A DNA stretch of 63,541 nucleotides, the filler included, from an uncultured bacterium (GTDB lineage: Bacteria > CAZSTA01), in the NCBI GenBank assembly GCA_964609495.1. It is 2 parts of 2 records of this genome, joined end to end, with 100 filler letters (N's around TTAATTAATTAA, not from the genome) between each part and the next. Parts side by side here need not be neighbours in the genome. Positions count along the whole stretch, not along the records: positions 1 to 31,934 come from CAZSTA010000018.1; 1 more part is not named here. One strand, 5' to 3'. Below the pieces are notes generated by a model. It was not told the DNA's origin. It saw only the letters and a program-made list of their open reading frames with translations, and did no database searches. The translations under genes and the position numbers were made by a program. Positions 1-10,177 of the stretch are shown piece after piece (positions within the stretch are counted from its first letter, which is position 1; every line of letters starts with the position of its first letter).

Positions 1-19
1 TCTTGTAACGTTGGCTATT

Positions 20-919
20 CTACTCAGAGACATCAATCCATCCCCAATCGGGACATTCATCCCTTGCACTATTATTAGTCAACCTAGTCACGTCACTTCC
101 ATCGTATTTCATCGAGTAGATCTCATCATTTCCATCTCGAGTAGACACAAAGGCAATTCTGCTCCCATCAGGCGACCAAGTGGGATATTCATCCCACGCA
201 GTATTGTTAGTGAGCCTAGTTTGATTGCTCCCATCTGAGTTCATCACATAGATCTCACTATCTCCATCCCGATAAGATGTGAAAGCGATCTTACTCCTAT
301 CTGGAGACCAAGCAGGGTGTTTGTTGTTAACAACATCTGTTCCATCACTCTTCATCTTAAAGATGTTTATACCTTCCCCGTGAGGATCGCGAGCGAGAGC
401 GATCTCATCTCCCCTCGGCGACCAAGTGGGATAGAAAGCATCTCCTGATACAGTGAGCCTAGTTCGTCCACTCCCATCTGAGTTTATCACATAGATGTCA
501 GAGGTCCCCGGAATGGAGATGGAGGTGAAAGCGATCTTAGTGCTATCTGGGGACCAAACAGGGTTGTCATCATAAGTAGAATCGTTGGTAAGCCTAGTCT
601 CTGAAGTCCCATCCACATTCATCACATAGATCTCGGATGATGGGTAACCTGAGTGCCAATCCCGATCGGACACAAAAGCGATCTTCTCTCCATCAGGAGA
701 AATAGCTGGATCCCAATCAACAGCATGACTGTAGGTGGTCAATCTAGTTTGGTTAGCTCCATTAGTATCCATTATGTAGATCTCGGTGTTCCCATCCCGA
801 TTGGAGTCGAAAGCGATCTTAAAGGATGGTTCCTTAAAGGTAAGTCCATTCTCACAGCCTATCGCCGCTAATAAGAGGACCACCCCTAAGATCATTAGTG
901 ATATAGCTAATTTTCTCAT
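20..919 (-). CDS. TolB-like (PD40-repeat) beta-propeller lipoprotein
   Basis: Hydrophobic N-terminus ending AAIG-C (lipobox-like); repeated PxWSPDGxKIAFxSxRDGNxEIYxM blades. Confidence 0.9.
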   Translation of the reverse strand: MRKLAISLMILGVVLLLAAIGCENGLTFKEPSFKIAFDSNRDGNTEIYIMDTNGANQTRLTTYSHAVDWDPAISPDGEKIAFVSDRDWHSGYPSSEIYVMNVDGTSETRLTNDSTYDDNPVWSPDSTKIAFTSISIPGTSDIYVINSDGSGRTRLTVSGDAFYPTWSPRGDEIALARDPHGEGINIFKMKSDGTDVVNNKHPAWSPDRSKIAFTSYRDGDSEIYVMNSDGSNQTRLTNNTAWDEYPTWSPDGSRIAFVSTRDGNDEIYSMKYDGSDVTRLTNNSARDECPDWGWIDVSE

Positions 920-966
920 TCCTTACATCTCCTTTCACTCGCAGAATATAGATAAGTCGGGGAAGG

Positions 967-994
967 ATAGCCAGCATCTTGTAACATTGGCTAT
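967..994 (-). repeat. Conserved intergenic stem-loop of the beta-propeller array (copy 2; partial copy at 1-18)
   Basis: ATAGCCAGCATCTTGTAACATTGGCTAT, same motif at 1961-1988 and 3249-3276, always just after a stop codon. Confidence 0.85.
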
Positions 995-1001
995 TTAGAC
1001 T

Positions 1002-1913
1002 CTACTCAGGGATACTAATCCACCCCCAATCGGGCCGGACATCCATTGCACTATTATTAGTCAACCTAGTCTGATCGCTTCCATCATATTTCATCGAATA
1101 GATCTCAAAATTCCCCTCCCGATCAGACGCAAAGGCAATTCTGCTCCCATCAGGCGACCAAGTGGGATTTACATCTAAACCAGGATTGTTGCTTAGATTA
1201 TATTGAAGAGTTAGGTCGGAAATACGCAGATAATAGATCTCCCGATTCCAGTAACCATCCCGATAGGACATAAAAGCGATCTTACTCCTATCTGGAGACC
1301 AAGCAGGAGCTATATCGTCAGCCGTAGGATTATTTGTTAGATTAACAACACCTGTTCCATCACTCTTCATCTTATAGATGTCATAATGGATGTCATGACC
1401 ATTTTTACAAGCGAAGGCGATTTCATCTCCCCTCGGCGACCAAGTGGGATATAAAGCATCTAGTAAGAAAGTGAGCTTAGTTTGGTCGCTCCCATCTGAG
1501 TTCATTACATAGATCTCATCTACTAACCCATAATCTTCGGACGCAAAAACGATCTTGGTGCTATCCGGTGACCAATCAGGATGTCTATCAGAATAAGGAT
1601 CGTTGGTAAGCCTAGTGACTGAAGTCCCATCTACATTCATCACATAGATCTCTTTGTTTCCATCCCGCTCAGATACAAAAGCGATCTTCTCTCCATCAGG
1701 AGAAATAGCTGGATCCTCATCCCGAGCAGGATTATTAGTCAATCTAGTCTGGTTAGTTCCATCTTCATTCATTATGTAGATCTCGTGATTTCCATCCCGA
1801 TCGGATTGGAAAACGATCTTATTGGATATCTCCGTGAGTCCATTCTCACAGCCTATCGCCGCTACCAAGAGAATCATCCCTAAGATCATTAGTGATATAG
1901 CTAATCTTCTCAT
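1002..1913 (-). CDS. TolB-like (PD40-repeat) beta-propeller lipoprotein
   Basis: Paralogue of 20..919: near-identical signal peptide and WSPDG repeats. Confidence 0.9.
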   Translation of the reverse strand: MRRLAISLMILGMILLVAAIGCENGLTEISNKIVFQSDRDGNHEIYIMNEDGTNQTRLTNNPARDEDPAISPDGEKIAFVSERDGNKEIYVMNVDGTSVTRLTNDPYSDRHPDWSPDSTKIVFASEDYGLVDEIYVMNSDGSDQTKLTFLLDALYPTWSPRGDEIAFACKNGHDIHYDIYKMKSDGTGVVNLTNNPTADDIAPAWSPDRSKIAFMSYRDGYWNREIYYLRISDLTLQYNLSNNPGLDVNPTWSPDGSRIAFASDREGNFEIYSMKYDGSDQTRLTNNSAMDVRPDWGWISIPE

Positions 1914-1960
1914 TCTTTACACCTCTTTTCACTTGCAGAATAAGAGTAAGTTAGAGAAGA

Positions 1961-1988
1961 ATAGCCAGCGTCTTGTGACGCTGGCTAT
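1961..1988 (-). repeat. Conserved intergenic stem-loop (copy 3)
   Basis: ATAGCCAGCGTC-TTGT-GACGCTGGCTAT: perfect 12-bp stem, 4-nt loop. Confidence 0.85.
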
Positions 1989-1995
1989 ATAGACT

Positions 1996-3159
1996 CTACC
2001 TAGGGGACCAATCGGGATAATCATCACTTGCAGTATTGTTAGTCAATCTAGTCTGATCGCTTCCATCCGAGGATTTCATCGAGTAGATCTCATAATTTCC
2101 ATCCCGATGGGACGTGAAGGCAATCCTGCTCCCGTCAGGCGACCAAGTTGCAGCCCACTCCAATGAACCAGGTTTATTGGTTAGATTATATTGAAGAGTT
2201 GGGTTGGAAACATCTAGGTAATAGATCTCCCAATTCCCATCTCTGTTAGAGTGGAAAGCGATCTTACTCCCATCTGGGGACCAGGCAGGCGCTGTATCGT
2301 TATTCGTAGGCTTATTTGTTAGATTAACAGTGAGTGTTCCATCGTTCTTCATCTTAAAGATGTCATTTCCGCGAGTGAAGGCGATCTCACTTCCATCAGG
2401 AGACCAACTAGGAAACCAGTCAATAGCAGGATTAGTAGTGAGCCTAGTTGGATTAGAGCCATCAGAGTCCATCACATAGATCTCTAGGTTCCCATCCCGA
2501 TTAGACATGAAAGCGATCTTAGCGCCATTTGGCGACCAATCAGGAAGCCAATCAACAGCAAGATCGTTGGTAAGCCTAATCACGGCAGTCCCATCCACAT
2601 TCATCACATAGATCTCGAAGTTCCCATCCCGAGTAGACATGAAAGCGATCTTCGTCCCATCAGGAGAAATAGCTGGCTGCCAATCAACAGCAGAATGATT
2701 AGTCAATCTAGTTTGATTAGCTCCCGTGGCATCCATTATGTAGATCTCCCAGTTCCCATCTCGAGTCGACGCGAAAGCGATCTGGGAGGACATCACCGAG
2801 ATAGTTACATTATTGTCATCCTTCCCTCCCTTGCCATCACTCACCTCTACACTTATCGTGTAGCTCTTATCCTCTAGCACTGAGGGTGCAGTCCAAGTCG
2901 TAGTGGCTCCAGTCGTGGAGCTGAAGCTTCCCCCATCTGCACTCCAAGTGTAAGTCAGAGTATCACCATCAGGATCTGTCGAAGAAGCGGTGAGATTGAC
3001 TACTCCTCCTGACTTGACGGTAGTAGCAGAAGCAGTTATCGTCGGCTTGGAAGGGGGTTGATTGGGCGTGGGCGTAGGCTTTGCTCCTTGCTCACAGCCT
3101 ATCACAACTATCAAGAAGATCACCCCTAAGAGCATTAGTGATATAGCTAATTTTCTCAT
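1996..3159 (-). CDS. TolB-like beta-propeller lipoprotein with PKD/Ig-like N-terminal domain
   Basis: Signal peptide + C, PTPTP linker, [15 protein letters not shown]...VEVSDGKGG (PKD/Ig-like), then PD40 blades. Confidence 0.88.
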   Translation of the reverse strand: MRKLAISLMLLGVIFLIVVIGCEQGAKPTPTPNQPPSKPTITASATTVKSGGVVNLTASSTDPDGDTLTYTWSADGGSFSSTTGATTTWTAPSVLEDKSYTISVEVSDGKGGKDDNNVTISVMSSQIAFASTRDGNWEIYIMDATGANQTRLTNHSAVDWQPAISPDGTKIAFMSTRDGNFEIYVMNVDGTAVIRLTNDLAVDWLPDWSPNGAKIAFMSNRDGNLEIYVMDSDGSNPTRLTTNPAIDWFPSWSPDGSEIAFTRGNDIFKMKNDGTLTVNLTNKPTNNDTAPAWSPDGSKIAFHSNRDGNWEIYYLDVSNPTLQYNLTNKPGSLEWAATWSPDGSRIAFTSHRDGNYEIYSMKSSDGSDQTRLTNNTASDDYPDWSPR

Positions 3160-3248
3160 TCCTTATACCTCCTTTAAGTTTTAAATATTCATACATCCAA
3201 ACTCCATCCATACCAATTACTCGTAAAATATGAGTAAATTGGGGAAGA

Positions 3249-3276
3249 ATAGCTAGCATCTTGTAACGCTGGCTAT
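3249..3276 (-). repeat. Conserved intergenic stem-loop (copy 4)
   Basis: ATAGCTAGCATCTTGTAACGCTGGCTAT. Confidence 0.8.
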
Positions 3277-3283
3277 TTAGACT

Positions 3284-3376
3284 CTACTCAGAGACATTAA
3301 TCCATCCCCAATCGGGACATTCATCACCGGCACTATTATTAGTCAATCTAGTCAAGTCACTTCCATCGGATTTCAC
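3284..3376 (-). pseudogene. 3' remnant of a further beta-propeller gene
   Basis: Translates [30 protein letters not shown], nearly identical to the C-terminus of 20..919; in-frame stop immediately upstream. Confidence 0.85.
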
Positions 3377-3742
3377 CTAAACTTGACTATTTTACTTATA
3401 TTTATATTACATCAAAAATATCAACATTACTTTTAGTAGTGGCGAATAAATTTTTTATCCGAATTTTGGGTTTTGACCGGTGCACCTTTTCTACTCTCCT
3501 ATTGCCCTCTTTCTTTTATCTTGAGAATCGGGAATATTCTCCGCTTTGAGATATTATGAGTAGCATCGGAAGAGTTAAAATTTTGAGTCATTTATGGAGA
3601 GTATCCTATCTAATGCACCACTCGAGTTAAAGCTAGGTAAATAAAGGGAGAGAAACACAGAATTATTTATATCCACTTCTGTTCTCTCCCCCTTTATTAC
3701 ACCTTATTATATTATACGATAAAAATCTATCTAAGTTGCAAT

Positions 3743-4540
3743 TTAGACGTCCAATCTCCCCTCACGATAAGCAGTTATATATTCTATACAGTAATCATCC
3801 TTACCCAGAACAGTATTACAGGCTTTGATCGTAGCCATTATCTTAATATCGCCCGCGTCCATTATCGCAGAATCGAGATATCCGATGACCATCGGTAAGA
3901 AAGTTCGATTTATGAGCTTTCGGTTAGGAAGGCCATAGGAGATATTGCTCAATCCCATCACTGTTTTGATGCCGGGGAAGGATGATTTGATGGACTTCAG
4001 CGTCTTGATAACCAACAGACCACACTTCACATCGGTGCTTACAGGCATAACTAATGGGTCGATGTAGATGTCCTCTATAGGTATCTCCTCTTTAGTTGCG
4101 GCTTCGATTATCTTTCCTGCGGCTTTACATCTATCTTCAACGCTATGGGGGATCCCAGCTTCGGTCATCGTCAGTCCCACCACCATACACTTATACTCCT
4201 TGACTAAAGGTAAGACGCTCTTTAACCTGCTCTCCTCCGCGGTAGTAGAATTGGCTAAAGGTCTTCCGTTTTTATGTAGCTTCACCCCTCTCTCTAGCGC
4301 CACTGGATTAGGGCTATCGATACACAGAGGAAGATCAACTACCTCCTGAACGATATTGACCAACCATTCCATATCATCTGGTTCATTGCTCACCCTGCTG
4401 CCAACGTTGATATCCAACATCCCAGCACCATCATCCACCTGCTTCTTGGCTAGATTTTGAATAAATTTAGTATCTCTCTTCTCTACAGCAGTATGAACCG
4501 ATTTTCTACCCGAATTTATACTCTCTCCGATAACTAGCAT
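3743..4540 (-). CDS. Methyltetrahydrofolate:corrinoid methyltransferase, AcsE-like paralogue 2
   Basis: MLVIGESIN, LDINVG, LCIDS, IYIDP, GLSNISYGLP pterin-binding motifs. Confidence 0.85.
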   Translation of the reverse strand: MLVIGESINSGRKSVHTAVEKRDTKFIQNLAKKQVDDGAGMLDINVGSRVSNEPDDMEWLVNIVQEVVDLPLCIDSPNPVALERGVKLHKNGRPLANSTTAEESRLKSVLPLVKEYKCMVVGLTMTEAGIPHSVEDRCKAAGKIIEAATKEEIPIEDIYIDPLVMPVSTDVKCGLLVIKTLKSIKSSFPGIKTVMGLSNISYGLPNRKLINRTFLPMVIGYLDSAIMDAGDIKIMATIKACNTVLGKDDYCIEYITAYREGRLDV

Positions 4541-4545
4541 TCGTT

Positions 4546-5166
4546 CTATTTCCTCCTTAATTCCTTAGCACAATCTATTATCCGCTCTTCTGAAATTATA
4601 AAATCGACTGGCACATCATTTTCGCCGTTTGGTAGCTTATCATATAACTGAAACTCGAAGGCTAGACCGATTGAGCGAACTTCTGGCCTTAATTCCTTCA
4701 GGAATCTATCGTAGAAGCCTCCTCCATAGCCTATCCTATGTCCCCGAACATCAAACACCACCCCGGGGACGATCACCAAATCGATCTCTTTAGGATCAAC
4801 TGGACGAACAAATTGGAACTTCGGCTCTGGAATACCGAACTTCCCCACCTCTAACTCAGAGTCGTAATCTAGAATCTCAGAGGGAAGTATCCGCCCCTCG
4901 CGAAACCTGGTTATGGGAACGATCACTCTCTTGCTCTCCTCCATAGCATGCTCGATCATCTCCCTCGTATCCACCTCGTTTTCCTTAGTCGCGTAAAACA
5001 TTACGACCTTTGCTCTCTTAAAAAGATGACATCCGAGCAATTTATCAGCTATGATCTTGCTCTTCTCCCTTATCACCCTTTTTCTCTGGCTATTCCTTAA
5101 CCTCAAAATACGCTCTCTCAAGATACTTTTCGAGATATTGGCTTCAACTGGGTTAATCGTGATCAC
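4546..5166 (-). CDS. 5-formyltetrahydrofolate cyclo-ligase
   Basis: DLVIVPGVVFD..GHRIGYGGGFYDRFL signature. Confidence 0.93.
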   Translation of the reverse strand: MITINPVEANISKSILRERILRLRNSQRKRVIREKSKIIADKLLGCHLFKRAKVVMFYATKENEVDTREMIEHAMEESKRVIVPITRFREGRILPSEILDYDSELEVGKFGIPEPKFQFVRPVDPKEIDLVIVPGVVFDVRGHRIGYGGGFYDRFLKELRPEVRSIGLAFEFQLYDKLPNGENDVPVDFIISEERIIDCAKELRRK

Positions 5167-5957
5167 CCGGACTTTCTATAAGCATCCAAATAGGAATCGC
5201 AATAAATATTCTTGTTGAGCAGAAGATCCGCGGTTATCATCGCATCCATCAAAGATTCATCAGTACTATCAACGATGGCCGCGTCTAAACCACAAGCCAT
5301 AGCCATCACCAAGAAGGTGCGGTTTATCAACTCTCTCTCCTGAGTCCTCTGAGATACATTACTAAGACCAATGACAGTCCTGGGAGGAGGATCGGATAGG
5401 AGTTTGAATTGTCTCAAGGACTCCAACACCTGGAGACAGTGGGCTTGTTCCACATTAACCGGCAAGATCAGAGGATCAAGGTATAAATCATCTAAGGGGA
5501 ATCCCTTCTCCATGGCCATAGCTACGATTTGAAGTGCCAATTCGCTCTTCCTATTCACATCGCGAGGGACTCCATGTTCATCCATAGATAGACCGATCAC
5601 CGAGGCATTATGTTCCAAAGCTAAATCTAGCAGTCTCGTCAACTTATCGACTTCCGCGGTGGTGGAGTTGATCATTGGCTTGCCCTTTTTATGAGATTTC
5701 AATCCCACCTCTATGACCTCTGGCTTAGGGCTATCTATAGCTAAAGGGACATCTACAGCCTCATGAATCGTCTCCACCAACCATCCTATCACCTCCACTG
5801 GATCCGCCGCGGCTGGACCGGTATTCACATCCAGCATATTCGCTCCACCTTCCACCTGTTTCACCGCTAATTGCTTGATGACATCAGCATCTTTATTCTT
5901 TATCGCCCTTTTTACCGCCCTATACATCCCATTAATTCTCTCTCCGATAGTTAACAT
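5163..5957 (-). CDS. acsE: Methyltetrahydrofolate:CoFeSP methyltransferase
   Basis: MLTIGERING, LDVNTGP, INSTTA, GLSNVSQ; directly after acsD; start moved to ATG behind GGAGG. Confidence 0.88.
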   Translation of the reverse strand: MLTIGERINGMYRAVKRAIKNKDADVIKQLAVKQVEGGANMLDVNTGPAAADPVEVIGWLVETIHEAVDVPLAIDSPKPEVIEVGLKSHKKGKPMINSTTAEVDKLTRLLDLALEHNASVIGLSMDEHGVPRDVNRKSELALQIVAMAMEKGFPLDDLYLDPLILPVNVEQAHCLQVLESLRQFKLLSDPPPRTVIGLSNVSQRTQERELINRTFLVMAMACGLDAAIVDSTDESLMDAMITADLLLNKNIYCDSYLDAYRKSG

Positions 5958-5986
5958 ATCTCTTCCTCCTTTGTTATTTAATATCA

Positions 5987-6952
5987 CTAACTACTCACAA
6001 GCTCTTGTATGGTCTTCCTCACGTTCTCTACAGCCTCGGGATGTCGCATAACTAAGATATCAGCACCAGATTGAAGATATCCAAAGGCAGTAGCTGCCTC
6101 CCATAGCGGACCCCGTTGCTTCTCAGATCCCCATTGTGGCTGTTCCTCCACAGTTGCTTTAGCCTCTTTAACTCGCCACGCCTCCGAGCCAACCATACAG
6201 ATCATTGGAGTGGAGAGCGTTTTATCCCCTTGTAGGGCGGCGAGTCTCATCCTCTCCATTATCGAGTAGGCATATTCGAGGCCATAACCTAAGGCTCCAT
6301 TCGTCTGATAGATAACCATTCTATCGAAGGTCATTCCCATATCGGAGGCGAGGATATTCACCTGCTTGCCAATGTTTATATCTAGCGGAGACTCGGTAAT
6401 TATATTGTGATCATCAGCTAAACAGGAGACGACTAAAGTCTTGTAATTATCCTCCACTGCTGAACCCAGCAAACATCTCTCTCCTGAGGCGGCTTGACTT
6501 ACCACGGGCATCACTTCGTTATCCTTCTCGTGCTGATCACACCCCCATATAATGAGCGGAACTCCTACCGCCTCCAAGACAGCTTTAACCACCTTTGCGG
6601 CTTGGTCTGGAGAGGTATCACCTTCATCGGGATGAGTGTTTAATAATCTCAAGCAGATCATATCAGCGCCATACTCATCCACACACTTTTTAGCCCACTT
6701 CGCAGGATCATCCCATACATCACTATAGTGCTCAGCTAAAACATCTGGCCAATCACTAGGAGCCTTATCGATTACTTCTAAAGCGATCGCTGGAGTATAA
6801 GGAGTCTCTCCCTCAAAGTGCATAAATGGTAATGAGTTTTCCCCTCCAACGGTAACTACTGAAGTTCGAGTTCCTCCCTCCTCGGCCGTAGCCCCGATAG
6901 TTACTAAATTTACACTACCAACTGATTTCTCCCTTATGAGATCAAATGGCAT
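5987..6952 (-). CDS. acsD: Corrinoid iron-sulfur protein small subunit
   Basis: GGTRTSVVTVGGE, ALGYGLEYAYSIMERMRLAALQGD, GADILVMRHP. Confidence 0.95.
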   Translation of the reverse strand: MPFDLIREKSVGSVNLVTIGATAEEGGTRTSVVTVGGENSLPFMHFEGETPYTPAIALEVIDKAPSDWPDVLAEHYSDVWDDPAKWAKKCVDEYGADMICLRLLNTHPDEGDTSPDQAAKVVKAVLEAVGVPLIIWGCDQHEKDNEVMPVVSQAASGERCLLGSAVEDNYKTLVVSCLADDHNIITESPLDINIGKQVNILASDMGMTFDRMVIYQTNGALGYGLEYAYSIMERMRLAALQGDKTLSTPMICMVGSEAWRVKEAKATVEEQPQWGSEKQRGPLWEAATAFGYLQSGADILVMRHPEAVENVRKTIQELVSS

Positions 6953-7016
6953 TTTTTAACCTCCTCTTAGTTACTTAGACGCTTCCTACGAATATATAAT
7001 GTGATCTAATCAACGA

Positions 7017-7790
7017 TTAACCAACACTATCTCTAGCTAATAGAGCTGCCCCTAAAGCTCCCACTAATTGCGGATCGGAGGGGATATTTAAACTCTCACC
7101 TAACCTCTCCTCAAGAGCGGCAACTACTCCCCTGTTCTTAGCTACTCCTCCACTCATCGCCACTTCTTTAGTCAATCCAACCCGATGAACAAGCCCAATA
7201 GTTCTATCAGCCACCGCGTTGTGTAGCCCCTTTATGATCTCCTCCTTTGGATATCCCTCAGCGATTAGGGAGACGACCTCCGATTCCGCGAAGACAGTAC
7301 ACATGCTGCTTATAACTAAGCTATCCTTAGCCCTACTGGAGAGCTTCCCCAATTCCTCAACCCTCACCTCAAGCGCCTTAGCCATTACCTCCAAGAAGCG
7401 ACCAGTTCCCGCTGCGCATTTATCGTTCATAGCGAAGTCCATAGCCTTCCCTTTACCATTTATCCTAATGACCTTACTATCCTGCCCTCCGATATCGATA
7501 ACCGTCCTCACCTGAGGGAAGAGATAGCTAGCACCTTTAGCGTGGCATGATATCTCAGTTACCTGTTTATCAGCAAAATCAACCTTTATCCGACCATAGC
7601 CAGTCGCTACGGTGAAATCGAGGTCTTCAAAGGAAAGTCCTATTTGGTTTGAGATCGCATCTCTAATTCTCTGAATCGCTTGCCGACTCGAGCTTCCAGT
7701 AGGCATTAAATAGGAGGCTAATATCTCATCATCCTCCATTATAAGGGCTTTAGAAGTGAGAGAACCGATATCTATTCCCGCGACTATCAT
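7017..7790 (-). CDS. 2-hydroxyacyl-CoA dehydratase activator (HgdC/BadF-BadG ATPase, archerase)
   Basis: GIDIGSLTSK, ATGYGR, TEISCHAKG, DIGGQDSK, MNDKCAAGTGRF, ISSMCTVFAESE. Confidence 0.93.
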   Translation of the reverse strand: MIVAGIDIGSLTSKALIMEDDEILASYLMPTGSSSRQAIQRIRDAISNQIGLSFEDLDFTVATGYGRIKVDFADKQVTEISCHAKGASYLFPQVRTVIDIGGQDSKVIRINGKGKAMDFAMNDKCAAGTGRFLEVMAKALEVRVEELGKLSSRAKDSLVISSMCTVFAESEVVSLIAEGYPKEEIIKGLHNAVADRTIGLVHRVGLTKEVAMSGGVAKNRGVVAALEERLGESLNIPSDPQLVGALGAALLARDSVG

Positions 7791-9038
7791 CTATTTCTCC
7801 AATATCTCTAAGAAACCTTCGAATCTAGTTCTAGTTTGGGCTTCGGAATAATTTCGACTATCCAAACAATCCCCATCTAAGACCAGAAATGGGATCCCTT
7901 TTTTCGCCAGAGCATCTTTGATGAGGCGAACTCCTCCACAGCTTTGCCTACATCCCCAATGGGAGAAATGGATAACTCCATCGATGCTATAATCGTCAAC
8001 CATCTTTGATATAGCCTCTACCCTTCTCTCTATAGATCCATTGGCATGATGAGATAGTGTCTTTCGGGCAAGGCTGATATATGGCTCGCCTGGGTCCATC
8101 TCCTCCCAGTAAATATAATTAAATTCCTCGAAGGCGATAACTGATCCGAAGGAGTTATCTTCGACATACCCGATGAATTGATTGCTATAATACGGCTTTA
8201 AATGAAGCCATAGAAGGCGAATCTTTTCCCTCTCCACCGCAGGTCTTCCCGTCTCAATCCTCCTCTCAAGCTCCTCAGCGAGCTTTCTATATATGTCTAT
8301 TATTCTCTTCGTGCCTAGTCCAAGAGTAGGCGCTACTACATAGCCTAACGCCTCTATACCGCTCATTGGAGAAGGGATCGTCCGACGCAGATCGTTGACT
8401 TTGAGCATACAATTGCGAGCCTGATTGGAGAGGACTATTGCTTCCTCTAGAGAGCGAGGACTTAACTTCCTTCCGGTATGATGCTCTAAGAATTTCACTA
8501 ATTCCTGAAATTGATAAGCTAAATACTCGACTGCCGAGGAATTCGATTCGTAAGGGACCTCCAGGAGAAAGTAATCCCCACCGCATAGTTTAGATAACTG
8601 TTCAAAGGTGCAAACCGTTCCCTCGCAGAGAAGAGAAGTCGATACTAAAGCTCGAGGAGGTGGCAACAATCCCTCTAAAGCCATTCCTATGACACAGCGA
8701 CAGAAGGAACAGGTATCTCTCAGATAAAGATTATTCTCAGCCCTCTGGAGAAAACGCAGGTTGAAGCCTAATCCTGCTATAGCGGTAGAGGCCATCTCAA
8801 CGGAGAAGGGTAATATCTTCATCGCATGAAATATCTCTGGAGGCGTGAAGAGACTCACCCAAACACTAGGATAGAACGGAAGATATGCTTTCAAGGATAT
8901 CCCTAAGCCAAATTTAGCCAGCATATTCGAGGCTTGGAGGTGATGATCCGAAGAAGGAGAAGGAGGGAAAAGAGTTCTTTTGAGAGGAGGATATAGGGAG
9001 GGCCACATCTCCTTGACCTTCATCAGAAGTTCTCTCAT
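7791..9038 (-). CDS. 2-hydroxyacyl-CoA dehydratase (HGD-D) family Fe-S subunit
   Basis: CSFCR, LLCEG, IDGVIHFSHWGCRQ, LDGDCLD, QTRTRFEGFLE. Confidence 0.85.
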   Translation of the reverse strand: MRELLMKVKEMWPSLYPPLKRTLFPPSPSSDHHLQASNMLAKFGLGISLKAYLPFYPSVWVSLFTPPEIFHAMKILPFSVEMASTAIAGLGFNLRFLQRAENNLYLRDTCSFCRCVIGMALEGLLPPPRALVSTSLLCEGTVCTFEQLSKLCGGDYFLLEVPYESNSSAVEYLAYQFQELVKFLEHHTGRKLSPRSLEEAIVLSNQARNCMLKVNDLRRTIPSPMSGIEALGYVVAPTLGLGTKRIIDIYRKLAEELERRIETGRPAVEREKIRLLWLHLKPYYSNQFIGYVEDNSFGSVIAFEEFNYIYWEEMDPGEPYISLARKTLSHHANGSIERRVEAISKMVDDYSIDGVIHFSHWGCRQSCGGVRLIKDALAKKGIPFLVLDGDCLDSRNYSEAQTRTRFEGFLEILEK

Positions 9039-10090
9039 TGAAGCACCTCCAAGAATGCCTGAATACGAGTCCTCAATTGCCCTGCGCTTCCCAAACTGTG
9101 ATCTCCTTCAAGAAATAAAAGAGGGATATTATTTTCGGTAAGCAGGGTCTTCAGAGGAGGTAAATCATAAGCAAAGGTATCACAGAATTTAAGAACGTGA
9201 TAGATCACCCCATCCGCTTCACTATCCCTCACCAATTTCAAGAGATGAGAGAATCTTCGTTCAGTATCTCTCATTCGAGCACATTGGGGCTTGCGAAATT
9301 GATAATCGACTAATGCCTCCAGGGGAGGAAGAGAGGTATCGACATCCTCGTAAAAATATCTAGTTCCTATACAGAGGTCATCGCTTATAACTATTCCTCC
9401 CGCCTCCTCTACCAATTCCCAAAGCTGAGGATGTCCAAGCATATTGCCAGAGATCAATATCTTAGGCCTATCCTCAATATCTCGCTTTTCAGCGTTCTCC
9501 AACTCCCTAAGATAACCTCTAAGCCATTCGTTAAATTCCAGTTTAGGCTCGGTCATACTTCGGCTGATTATGTTCCAAACTTCCCTCCCCGAAACCTTTC
9601 TCCCTCTCTTAAAAGAGTATAACTTTCTTAACAGAGAACGAGTCTCGTTATGAATGCCTATAGCAGACCTTAGCCCTTCTTCGGTTATGTTAATCCGAAA
9701 CTTCTTCTCCAGAGCAGAAATAAGACCCTGAAGCAAGCTCAGATAATATCTTCTGGCTCTATCATCACTGACTCTAGGTAAATCTAGGATATAGGTGAAA
9801 TCCGAAGGGATATACTCCCTCCATACATCGTATAGACGACGCATAGCATCACAAGAATTGACAAATATCAATCCCCCCAGAGAGGAATATTCTCCCCTGA
9901 GTCCACAATCCAAGCAACTGCGAATATGAGGACAGAGATTATTAGGCAGATAAGCATCAGCCAAACTTATCGGATTATAACTACCAATAAGGCGACGCGA
10001 ACCCAATCCCGCCGCAGTTAATATCTCCTCTGGAGTATAGATACAAAACCAACCGATGGTGGGCAGGTCGGATAATTCCGAATCGTTCAT
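9035..10090 (-). CDS. 2-hydroxyacyl-CoA dehydratase (HGD-D) family Fe-S subunit
   Basis: GWFCIYTPEE, LCPHIRS, NSCDAMRR, DDLCIGTR, DGVIYHVLKFCD, GQLRTRIQAFLE. Confidence 0.88.
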   Translation of the reverse strand: MNDSELSDLPTIGWFCIYTPEEILTAAGLGSRRLIGSYNPISLADAYLPNNLCPHIRSCLDCGLRGEYSSLGGLIFVNSCDAMRRLYDVWREYIPSDFTYILDLPRVSDDRARRYYLSLLQGLISALEKKFRINITEEGLRSAIGIHNETRSLLRKLYSFKRGRKVSGREVWNIISRSMTEPKLEFNEWLRGYLRELENAEKRDIEDRPKILISGNMLGHPQLWELVEEAGGIVISDDLCIGTRYFYEDVDTSLPPLEALVDYQFRKPQCARMRDTERRFSHLLKLVRDSEADGVIYHVLKFCDTFAYDLPPLKTLLTENNIPLLFLEGDHSLGSAGQLRTRIQAFLEVLQ

Positions 10091-10177
10091 CTTTCACCTG
10101 CTTCAATATCGACATTATCCAATTTCTTATCTCGTCTTCAGGCAAAACAGTTATACTCACATTTAACTATCTCCTTG

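Noticed and set aside
1-3376. Integron cassettes or DGR template/variable repeats
   Set aside because: Hairpins lack attC R-box structure, no integron integrase or reverse transcriptase, and mismatches are not adenine-specific
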